A DNA stretch of 64,000 bases from Blastocystis sp. Blastoise (lineage: Eukaryota > Protista > Bigyra: Opalinata), in assembly GCA_039096225.1 (NCBI GenBank), contig JBBPEB010000033.1, positions 310,001 through 374,000 on the forward strand, given 5' to 3'. The notes beneath the pieces are model-generated. The model was not told the origin of the DNA. It did no database searches and was given only the letters and a program-made list of their open reading frames with translations. Positions within the stretch are counted from its first letter, which is position 1; each line of letters begins with the position of its first letter. Shown here piece by piece: positions 1-12,571 of the stretch. A program made the position numbers and the translations under genes.

Positions 1-344
1 TATTCTATAATGATAAAGAAGTCAAGGTATATATTTATTTATATATAATGAACAAAAATAAAATATCATTTTCATAATTATAATAATAACTATAATAATT
101 AGAATCACTATAATAATAATAATAATAACTAAAATAACAACTATAATAATTAGAATAACTATAATAATAACTCTTATCACTATAGATTGGTAGTTGGGGT
201 AAAGTCAAGTCTCATAAATATAGTTATACATTAGTACCTGAAGATTATGTTCCTGATTCTAAGATTGTTATTAAGATATCATTTAGTAACACTCATAGCT
301 GGATGAATAGTAAAGATATTAAGGCAAAATTCACTTTTAACTAA
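1..344 (+). CDS. 3' end of a gene truncated by the window edge; C-terminal GOLD-like domain
   Basis: GT-AG intron 27-185; last exon 186-344 reads IGSWGKVKSHKYSYTLVPEDYVPDSKIVIKISFSNTHSWMNSKDIKAKFTFN*. FSNTHSWMNSK resembles the GOLD FDNxxSW-x-x-K motif. Confidence 0.55.
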
Positions 345-859
345 TCAAATACTCTCTATCATTTTTATTTAATTAGGATTATTTTATTTTTGACATTTTT
401 TCTACTGTTGTATTTATTTTTCTCTCTTTGTATATATATTTATATACTTTAAAAAATGTTTTTCTTCACTAAATGAAGTCATATTTTTTATTTTTTTATT
501 TTGTTTAGTAACCATTCTTTATTATGAAAACATATGAAACTGAACACAACAAACTATATACACAAAATAACTACTTAACCTAGAATTTATATCAAGTTCT
601 TCATCAATTTCAAATCATCATTAACTTATTTTTTTATATTTCAATTAAGTGAAATCTCAATAGACTTACTAACTTTATTATTAATATATAACTATATACA
701 ATCAAAGAATACATCAAATAAACAATTTTTTTTACTGTTTTATTCAGAATTATAGTGAAACACAAATGGTTCTCCAAAAACCACATAAAAACGGCATGCA
801 CAAAACCAAGAGAACTTGAGTTTTTAAAACATATTTATTCATTTACGTGCTTATTAAAC

Positions 860-1931
860 ATGAATAAGGAAGTTGTTTATGCTAGTATGTTATGAAACTA
901 TATATAGTATACGTTGCTTTAGCTCTCGTCAACATTTTTGGTGGTTGTATCTATGGTTTCAACACTGGTATTGTTTCTGGATTAACTTATCCTCTTTTAA
1001 AATGCACTCTCGCTCACGATGAATGGAGTGCTGAAACTCTTTCCTTCTATCAAGGATTATTTAATGCTCTTCTTCTTGTTTTCGCTATTCCATCTTCTCC
1101 TATTTCTGTATGGATTGCTAAGAAATGGGGCTTAAAATGGGTATCTATATAAATTTTCATTAATAATTCTGAATTTTATGTCTATATTAATATAGTCTCT
1201 TATTGTCACTGGTATCATTGCTCTCATCTGTCCTCTTGCCATGATTGCTTATAGTAATTATTGGTATATGACAATCATTAGAGGATTTCTTGGTCTTGCT
1301 ATTGGTTTCACTTCTGCTATTTGTCCCATGTATTCTGCTACTATTGTTGAAGAAAAATATAAAGGAAAAGTCACTACCATTTTCCAATTATCTATTTGTG
1401 TCTCTATTTGCTTAGCTCAAGTATTTAATTTCTGTTTTACTCCTGCTTTTGATGATCATACCTGTACTCCTCTCTCTTTCTTCCAATATGCTATTCAACT
1501 TGGATTTGGGGCTGTTTTCGCTATTCTTCTTCTTATTACCATGATCTTTGCTCCTAATGCTTTCCGTATATATTATATTCTTTATATTCTATTTATAATA
1601 TTTTTTATTTTATATCATTTTTTTTTTCATTTTTTTTTTCATATTTTTTTCATATTAATGTTTATACTATTTATTTATAATATTAAAGGCTATATTTATG
1701 AAATCCTATATATTAATATATATATATATAGCTAGTAAGGGTAAAGTAGCTTCTTCTCTTTCTCTTCTTAAATCTGTTGATGGTAATAAATCCAGTAACT
1801 TATTTGCTAAGAGAGTATGTATTTTTATATATTTTAATATTATCATTTAAAATTATATATATATATATATATATATAGAACTTTAAATGGTTATGTTTCT
1901 CTTTCATGTTAGCTGTTATGAACCAACTTAC

Positions 1932-1984
<53 letters not shown>

Positions 1985-3196
1985 GGTATTAATGGTGTTA
2001 TTTTCTATGCTCCTCAAATTCTTCAAAATGCTGGTGTTGATAATGTATGTAATAGTAATATTCATATAATAATAATATTCATATATAATAATATTCATAT
2101 AATAATAATATTCATATATAATAATATTCATATTATAATACTATTCATATTTAATAATATTCATATTATAATACTATTCATATTTAATAATATATTCATA
2201 TTATAATACTATTCATATATAATAATAATATTCATAAGCATATAATAATAAACATATAATAATAAATAAATAATAATAAACATATAATAATAATATTCTA
2301 CAGGCTCTTCTTATTCAAATTCTTATTGTTGGTGTTTGGAACGCTGTGACTGTCGTTGTCTTTATGTTCTTCGTCGATAAGTTATCTCGTCAACTTATTC
2401 TTAATATCTCTATTGGTATCATGGTCATTGGCTGTATCTCTCTTATTGTTGCGTATATATATATAGTTATTCTATATTATTCTATATACATTTATATTAT
2501 TATATATTCTATCTTTTTATTTGATTAATTTATAATTTCACTATTTTCTATCAATCTCAATATAACATTATAATCTTCTCTCTCTCTTTCTCTCTCTAGT
2601 TTTAATGTCTCTGGTTCTGTTGTCTTTGCCTTTATTGGTATGTTATGCTTCATTTTCGGATTCGAAACCGGTCCCGGTCCTCTCTTCTTTGTCATGGCTT
2701 CTCACGACTTCCCCTCTGCTCTTTTTGATATATATATATATTATTATATATATTATATATTTTTATCACAGAATCTACCTTCAAATAATATATATATATA
2801 TATATATATAGATCAAGGATTATCAGTAGCTAATATCTTTGTTTGGATTCTTAATACTGCTCTTTCTTTCTCTTTCCCTATTATTACTGCTGCTCTTGGC
2901 TCTACTTGGACATTCGCTATTCTTGGTGCTCTTCAACTCCTTTGTATTCTCTATTTTGATCTCTCCATGAAGAAGTATTTATATATTATATAATATAATA
3001 TAATATAATATAATATAATATAATATAATATAATATAATATAATATAATATAATATAATATAATATATTATATTATAATATCTTTTCTTTCTATACTATT
3101 AAATATATATGTTTATTATTCATTTGTTTAATATATAGTGGCCATATGACAACTGGTGAAAGTAACCTTAATTTATTAACTATTGAACAACAATAA
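860..3196 (+). CDS. MFS sugar-porter family transporter (10 exons)
   Basis: Motifs YGFNTGIVSG, RGFLGLAIG, NQLTGINGVIFYAP, VDKLSRQ, GPGPLFFVMASHDFP. ATG at 860 joins in frame through a 23-nt intron (885-907); stop TAA 3194-3196. Confidence 0.9.
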
Positions 3197-3634
3197 TTAT
3201 AATATATATTCTTGTTATTCTTTATAACAAATAAATTCTATTTTTTTTTGGTATCTTATTGTAAACGTGTTTAATGAACACCATTTTACCAATTTATATT
3301 TTTGTTATTACTTTTCATATATTTTTATTATTCAGTATATGTTCTAGATATAATTGGATAACATTATAATAATAAATCGTATCGATTACAATTATTTTCA
3401 TAAAAGAAAAATTTATTTTATCATTAGATGTATAGTCATTTTTAAACGGATTCATAATACTTGTACAGTTTCTCTTTTTAAATGTTAACTATTTATAAAT
3501 CTCTCTGAAGATACTCTATATATTCAGGATTATTATTTTTTTTCTGTTAGTTTTTCAGGAAACAAAAATAGATTGTATTGACTTTTTTTCCATTTTTTTT
3601 ATTGTATATACTTTCGTTGTGAGTTAGAAATAGA

Positions 3635-5198
3635 ATGGAGTCATGTATATTATATTATTACACAAACATGAGTGACTATATAATACGATAGATTTAAAGC
3701 AACTCTGTGAGGATGTTCAGTCAATAGCTCGTAAAGCTGGTCAAAACATGTTGGATCATGTTGGCATTGAAGTAGAAAAGGAAAAGGTTAATTTCTCTGA
3801 TCTTTGTACTAAAGTCGATACAGATAACCAAGCTATGATTGAAAAATTCATGAAGGATCATTATCCCGAACATGTATTACTTGGTGAAGAAGGTATTGCT
3901 TGGGGTGATGATATCAGTGCTATTGATGCTAGAAAAGATAAAGAATGGATGTGGATTGTAGATCCTGTTGATGGCACAACCAATTTTGTATTTCTTCTTT
4001 TATCTATTATTAAAATAAATCATATATATATACTATTTTATTTGACCTGTTTTTATCTTTATAGGTACATACTCTTCCTACTTCTGTTGTCTCTATTGCT
4101 GTTTCTCAAAATGTATTTTTATATATTTTTTTAGCTTTTATTTAACATATATATGTATTAATATATATGAATTATGTATAAAGCAGCTATTTTTATTATT
4201 ATAATATTATTTATTATTATGATTATTGTTATATTTATGATTAACTTATTATATTATATATAGGAGAAGGTGATGGTGGGGGTAGTTTATGATCCCTATA
4301 GAAATGAGATGTTTAGTGCTATTCGAGGTTGTGGCGCTTTCTGTAATGGGAAACCTATTCACGTGGCTAATCAAGATTGCTTGAAGTATATAGATCCTAG
4401 TTATTCATTCTATTCTTGTTATCTATATAATTTATTATTATATTGTTTTTTTTAATGATAGATCTGCTAGTTATGCTATAGTATTATTATAATTTATTAT
4501 TATATTGATTTTTTTAATGATAGATCTACTAGTTATGCTATAGTATTATTATCATTCTATTATCATTCCTATTATTTTTTTACTATCTTTATTATTATAT
4601 AGACATTCTCTATTAGCTTTTGGTACTAATTATACTGCTAACATTCGTCATTGCATGCTTCGTGGAATGTGTCACATTGCTGACCTTGTAAGAGGGTATA
4701 TATATATACTCGTATTATACTTATTATTATTAATCATTCTTTCTTTATATATATACATTAATTATTTTAAATAATTTATTTCTTTACTATATTAGTAATA
4801 TCAAGTATATATATATATATATATTATATAGAACTCGTTGTTTAGGAAGTGCTGCCCTTCATCTTTCATATGTCGCTTGTGGCCGTTTTACAGGCTGGTG
4901 GGAACTTGGTCTCCATGCTGTATATATTTTATTATATATAATAAATATATTAAACATAAATATATTCAATATAAACGTAATAAATATATTAAATATAAAT
5001 AATAAATATAATATATAGTGGGATTTAGCTGCAGGTGCTCTTCTTGTTGAAGAAGCTGGTGGTCGTGTTTCTAGTTGTACTGGTGTTCCTTATACAATCA
5101 GAGTTTTTGATTGCATGGCTACCAATGGACTTATTCATGATGAATTTATCGATGAATTAAATAAATGCAAAGGAAATGAATTTATCGATACCGATTAA
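3635..5198 (+). CDS. IMPA: Inositol monophosphatase family protein (7 exons)
   Basis: LLGEE, WIVDPVDGTTNFVH, GVVYDP, RCLGSAAL and WDLAAGALLVEEAGG reconstructed across GT-AG introns. Confidence 0.92.
4426..4549. repeat. Intronic tandem duplication, about 62 bp x 2
   Basis: TATAATTTATTATTATATTG...AATGATAGATCT(G/A)CTAGTTATGCTATAGTATTAT occurs twice in an IMPA intron. Confidence 0.85.
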
Positions 5199-5789
5199 AT
5201 ACATTTTTTAAAAATTTATTTAATTGTTTTATCTTGCTTTTTTTCTTACATTTTTCAGTGTAATTTATTGAATGTGAATCATTCGATTCTAGTTTGCTAT
5301 AATCCTTAAATATCTATTAATATCACACAAAAAAAAAACTGTTTTATTTCTCAGTATTACTTCAAATTAAACAATAATTCCTTGTATATCTTGCCATAAA
5401 TAAATTATTCACTTCTTTTCTTTCTTTCATTTTCAATAATGAACTTGAAAATATTCAATATATAGCAAATTCAATCATATAATGAAGAATAAAAATGGAG
5501 AAATAATGATGATTTTCTCTTTTTATTAGATCTAATTTACGGTTATTCTATTTGAACCCACTGTTTTCTAGTAATAAATATGGGAATTTCTTTTGTGTCT
5601 TCAAAAAATGTTGGGAATAAATCGTTTTGGCCGTGTGAGTTGTCCCTTCAGAATGGTAGTATTAATAATCTAAAAGGAACATTAGTTTTGATAGATTCCA
5701 CTGATTTCTTTCTTGTTTTTTTATAATATTTTTTACTTTTTATAGAGTCTCTTAAGTTTGCTTTCTTTTTATAGATTATATATATAAAC

Positions 5790-8111
5790 ATGCAAGCCAG
5801 TCTTTATAAGGCAGTTGCTAGAACAAGTATTTTAACTATTAATATTTATTGTGTTCACATGAATCTATTCTTCTTTTTGTAGCTCGTTCTATACCTACTT
5901 TTATGAACGGAGCAAGAGCCTTTGCTGCACCAGCTACTCCTGCACCTGAAGCTCCTCCTAAAAAATGTGGTGGCTTAAAGGATTACGATAGAATCTTTAC
6001 TAATTTATATAATAATTATGATTGGCATATTGAAAGTGCCATGAAACGTGGTTTCTGGTATAAAACAAAAGAACTTTTAGAAATGGGACCTGAAGGTATT
6101 ATTGATGAAATCAAAAAATCAGGTCTTAGAGGTAGAGGTGGTGCTGCTTTCCCTTCTGGTTTAAAATGGAGTTTTATGCCTAAGAAATCAGTCGATGGTA
6201 GACCCAACTTTTTAGTTATTAATGGTGATGAATCTGAACCTGGTACTTGTAAAGTATTTATATAATAGAAATTATTTATTTTCAATAGGAAGGCTTTTTT
6301 ATTGATTTTTAATGTTTTTTAATGTTTTTTAATTTTTTTTAATGTTATTTTAATATTTTTTTAAATATATTTTTTATATTGTTTTCTTATATGTTTTTAT
6401 TTTTTTTACATTTATATAATATATATTATTATATATCTATAAATGAAAAGATAAGTGATATATAGTCAATATCAAATCACTCTTTACTACATATATATAT
6501 ATATGAATATATATAATTATATTTAGGATCGTGAAATCATGCGTAAAGACCCTCATGCGTTAGTTGAAGGTGCTTTAATCGCTGGGTATGCCATGAGAGC
6601 ACGTGCTGCTTATATTTATGTTCGTGGAGAATTCTATAATGAAAGTGTTATTTTAGAAGAAGCTATTCATGAAGCTTATAAAGCTGGGTATATTTATCTT
6701 TTTTATTTAGTTTTATTATTTATTATTTATTATTTATTATTTATTATTTATTTATATTCTATATATATATAGTTTCTTAGGTAGAAATGCTTGTGGAACT
6801 GGATACAATTTTGATGTCTTTGTTCAAAGGTATATAAAATATATTATAATTATATACATTATATATATATATATATATATATAGAGGTGCTGGTGCTTAC
6901 GTCTGTGGTGAAGAATCTGCTATGATTGAATCATTAGAAGGAAAACAAGGTAAACCTCGTTCTCGTCCTCCGTTCCCTGCTGGTGCTGGTCTCTGGGGTT
7001 GTCCTACTACTGTTACTAATGTTGAGACTATTTCTGTTTCTCCCACTATTCTTCGTCGTGGTGGTGAATGGTTCAGTTCTCTTGGTCATAAGAATAACCA
7101 CGGGGTAAAGCTCTTTGCTATTTCCGGTCACGTTAATAATCCTTGTGTTGTTGAAGAAGAAATGGGTATTCCACTTAAAGAACTCATTGAAAAACACGCA
7201 GGAGGCGTCAGAGGGGGGTGGGAGAATATTCAAGCTGTTATTCCCGGAGGTGCTTCTACTAGAGCTCTTAATAAGGTAGATATTGTTCATTTATTATGTT
7301 TATTATTATATTTAAATTATATTTATTATTATTTTTAAATTATATTATTATTATATTTATTATTATATTTAATATATATTATTATTATATTTATTATTAT
7401 TATTATATTTAAATTGTATTTATTATTATTGATATATTTATTATTATTTATATTCTAGAAAATGTGTGATGAAGCCATTATGGATTATGATGGTTTATCG
7501 AAATATAGATCGGGTTTAGGTTCTGCTGCTGTCATCGTTATGGATAAATCTACAGATATGATTGCTGCTATTCGTCGTTTATCTCAATTCTTCCAACATG
7601 AATCTTGTGGTCAATGTACTCCTTGTAGAGAAGGTACTGGCTTCCTCTATGATATGATGTGCAGACTCGAACGCGGAGAATGCGATGAACGTGAAATCGC
7701 TATGATCGATGAAATCGGTAAAAATGTATGTTTATATGTATTGTTTATTAGAGGATTCACTATATTCTTGTTTATACATAATAGTCTTTTATAATAATAC
7801 TTCCTATTCTTATACATAATATATATACATAATATATATATAGATGGAAAGTCACACTATTTGTGGTTTAGGTGATGCTGCCGCTTGGCCCATTAATGGT
7901 CTCATTCACCATTTCCCTGAAGTTGTGAAGGACCGTTGCAATCATCCTGAAAACTATGATCCTGATCAATACTTCCAAGTATATACATATATATATATAT
8001 ATATGATTATTATTATTATTATTTATTGTTTATTTTCAAATAAATAAAAATTTATTATTATTATCTTATTATTCTCTATAGAAATGTTGGAGTGGTGATG
8101 TCAGACACTAA
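5790..8111 (+). CDS. NDUFV1: NADH:ubiquinone oxidoreductase 51 kDa flavoprotein subunit (NuoF) with mitochondrial-type presequence (8 exons)
   Basis: [68 protein letters not shown]-terminus [15 protein letters not shown] is Arg/Ala/Ser-rich with no acidic residues. Confidence 0.97.
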
Positions 8112-8695
8112 ATTGTTTACTTATCTTTATAAAGTCAACGAACTTATTATTTCACTTTTCTCCTCTATATATATAATATATTAACATTATTTCTAATCAT
8201 ATTTCTCTTGCACTTTTCTATCCTTTTTTTTAATAAAAATAAAATAATTATCATTTTTGATATAAATGTAAACAAAATAATATTTAAACACTAATATTTT
8301 TCTTTGGATATTTTTTCTTTGTTGGTTTTTTAATTTTAAACATTATTTTTCTAAATACTTTAAAATCAATAATGATTATTCATTCTTAATATAATAAATA
8401 AAACAAATAAACAATACGAATTATTAATAGAATTCGAAAAGTCAATCATTCTAGAAGTTTTTGTGTTTAATGAATCTCAAAAGAATTCAGTGTTTCAAGT
8501 ATCCAATAGTTTTTGAGATGTATAAACAGATTTTTTTCTACCGAATACATAAAATAACATTTTTATTGGCTCTGTATAAACTCACTCTATATTCGTTTCA
8601 ATTCACCAAAGATTTTTGAACAATTTAAGATTGTTTGCATTAACACATTTTTTTTGTTTTTAATAATAAATACTTTCTAAATACATTGATTTCAA

Positions 8696-9476
8696 ATGTC
8701 TATACCTTCTATTGTCTTATCAAGTGGTTACAAGATGCCTATTTTTGGTTTAGGTACTTTCTTAAGTAAACCTAACGAAGTCTATACTGCTGTCTATCAA
8801 GCTATTAAAGATGGTTATAGACTTATCGATACTGCTATCGCTTATATGAATGAAAAGGAAATTGGTCAAGCTATTCATGACGCAATTAAAGATGGACTTG
8901 TAAAGAGAGAAGAACTCTTTATTACAACAAAATTATGGTAAGTTTTGTATTTTAATTATAAATAAGCGCATTATGTTTTAATTTTTAATTTTTATTTTTA
9001 TAGGGTTACTGATTTTGAACCTGAATGTGCTCGTAAGTCTTTTGCTCAAAGTCTAAAGAATCTTCAAATTGATTATCTTGATTTATATTTAGTATATATT
9101 TTTATAACTATAAATTATTATGATTTTTATTGATATATTTAGTATATAATATTTATATATATATTATTATTTATAGATACATTATCCTTTTGAAGTCAAA
9201 GTAGCTCCTGAAGATGAAGCTAAACGTGATCCAAATAATTATTTTTCAGTTCCTTTAATCAATCCTAATCATCCTGAATTAAGACTTGGGTAATTATATA
9301 TATATATTTATTTAATTTTTTTATTTATATATATATTATTGTTTTTATATGTTTTATATAATAATAATGATTATATATATTATATACTTTTTTAGTTGGA
9401 ATGTAAACAGAATGGCCAATTGTTGGAAAGCCCTTGAGGAATTAGTTGAACAAGTAATTATTATTATTATTATTTA

Positions 9477-9550
<74 letters not shown>

Positions 9551-10247
9551 TTAATATTATTATTATTATTATTATTATATTTAATATTATTATTATTATT
9601 ATTATTATATAGGGTAAGATTCATAGTATTGGTGTTTGTAACTTTACTGTAAAGAAACTGAAAGAATTCATTCCTTTCTGTACTATTAAACCTGCTATTA
9701 ATCAAGTAGAACTTCATCCTCAATTACAGCAATGGATGTTATATGATTATTGTAAAGAAAATAATATATGGTTAACTGCTTATTGTCCTCTTGGTCACCC
9801 TAATAGAACAACAGATCACAGGTATACATATATATTTACATACAAAAAAAATGTATTTATATAAAAATATAATTATATATTCTATTCTCTTCATAGCTAA
9901 CTATATTATTTTATTATTATTTTATATATAGAGAAACTAAACTTGCTCCAATGGAAAAGCCTTTGGTAATTGATTTAGGTAAGAAATATAATAAAACACC
10001 TGCTCAAATAATTCTTCGTTGGGCCGTTCAAAGAGGTACAATTGTTATTCCTAAAACCGTAACTGCTTCTCGTCTTCTTGAAAATATGAATATCTTTGAT
10101 TTCTCTTTAACTGAAGAAGAAATGACAGAAATGAAAGGATTAGATGAAGGCCAACGTGGTCCTCATGGACATCAAACAGCTCCTTTGGAATCAACTCATG
10201 CTGAACGATGGGATAATGAATATACTGAGAAAGATTGGATTAATTAA
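8696..10247 (+). CDS. Aldo-keto reductase, paralog 1 (6 exons)
   Basis: MPIFGLGT, GYRLIDTAIAY, LFITTKLW, DYLDLYLIHYP, SIGVCNF, NQVELHP, PAQIILRW, VIPKT. Confidence 0.95.
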
Positions 10248-10559
10248 AGATTATCTATATATATAATTATATATACTTTTTTCGTATATCATATTGAATT
10301 GTATCATTAGTTATTGATATTGTATATTATTATTTATTGTTTTTAATATCTATTTTCTTTTAAATAAAATATTGTTTTGCTATTTAAATTATATCATTAT
10401 TATAGTAAAAGTTTTATTTATGTAGTTTATATTGAAATCATATTGATCATGTATTTTTTTTTAAATGATTTATTAATAATATATATATATATATATTATT
10501 TAATTAATAAACAATATTTATCAAAAGAAAAAATTAATTTTTCATATAATAATAATGAA

Positions 10560-10801
10560 TTATAAATCTTCCATTTCTTGTAGAGACAATAATAATGAAT
10601 CCTATATATATATATATGTAAACATTATAGAATAGTGAAAATATACAATAGAATTATTTTTTGGTTTATGTTTTGTATTGTATTCAACTATATATAATTA
10701 GAATGTAATACTATTAAACATGAAATCATATACATAATATATTATTCACAGGTAAACAATTCACAACAGCATCTGATATTATTGTATCTATAGAGTAATA
10801 T

Positions 10802-10832
<31 letters not shown>

Positions 10833-11935
10833 ATATATAGATATACTATTCTTGGTATGTTTCTTTGTTTTTGGTTTTGATATAGTTTTACAATTTAATA
10901 ATAATAATTTCTGTTTAACTTGTCCATCGGGTAGTAACTATAATATATATATATATATATATACATAAATATAAATAAAATAGTAGTAATATAATTTTGT
11001 ATTATATTATAAATATATAAATATATATATACAGATAAAAATATGGGTTGATATTCCTTATTAAGTTTAATATATATATGATCTAATATATAATTAGCTC
11101 CATCAACTATATTCATATCTTCAATCCATATATATAGAAGATCCTATATATAATATATATAGTAGAGATATTATATAGAATATATAATAAATATATATAA
11201 TAGATATTATTAAATAAACATATATAATATATACAATAATTAAACAAAATAGAATCATTTTATCATTAGAAGGAATAGTATTTTCATTTAAAATAGTTAT
11301 AAATAATAAATTAAATAGAACATCTGTGTCTTGACTGTTAGAAACATTATTAAATAGTAAATTATATGCATTCACAAAGGGTTCTTTTGTTTTATTAATA
11401 GTATTATAAGTAATAGAAGAAGAAGAAGAAGAAGGAGAAGGAGACGTTGGAGATAGGGGAGAAAAAGGGTCTCTAACTTTAGAGATAGGGCAAGAAATAA
11501 AGGAAGTCTTTATATTTGTAGATCTATATTTATAATAATTGACAAATAATTTGATCATAGAAAGATAAGTAGCTATATTCACAAGATTTTCATAACCGCG
11601 GTTATTTTGTTGCTCATTCTCTTGTTCTTCATCAGAATCTTCATTAAACAGTCTTTTTTCCACGGTTTTCGACTTCTTTGTTTTCCTTTTCGACGTATAA
11701 CCTTTCTTCTTTATATTCCGTTTTGTAGTAGTAGTAGAAGTAATAGCATAATTTGAAGAGGTTTTGGAATCTTTGATTGAAATAGTGACGAAAGGTGCGT
11801 CTTTTGATGATATATTTGTATATATGAAAAATAATTCTTGAAAACAATAATACAACTATATAGATTATAATAGAATATGATTATTCATGATATATTTTAT
11901 TAATTTTAATAATAATAATAGAATTTGAATATTTT

Positions 11936-11983
<48 letters not shown>

Positions 11984-12537
11984 GAAATTGATGGGTAATT
12001 GAATTGTAGGATCAACAGTACATTGTATACTAAGGAGAGAGTAACTGGTATATAAAGAGGACAAGGAGGAGATATGAAGATGACTCTGTAACAGAATTGA
12101 TATATGATCACTATATATATATTGAAATAATAAATACTTTTTTAATAATAATAACAAATAAGAATAACAAATAGCAATAATAATAATAATAATATATATA
12201 TATATATATACGGTTTAAGGAAAGTAAAATGATTATAGAGATAGAATTGAGCGATAGATAATTGTAGATCATCCAAAAGACAAGAGAAGAATGTATATAT
12301 ATATGCTTTAATAAAAGAGGGTTGTTCCATGATATATGCATAATAATTGCCTGAATATATATATTGTTGAAGAGAATATACTTGAGGAGAAACAGTAATA
12401 GAAGAGAATGAAGATGAACAAAGAGATAAATAATCATTAGAAGATATATATAAACATGGATTTGTATGAAATGATGATAAAAATGATATTTTATTTAAGG
12501 AATTCGTATTATATTGTAAGAGAGATTTTATAAATAA

Positions 12538-12571
<34 letters not shown>

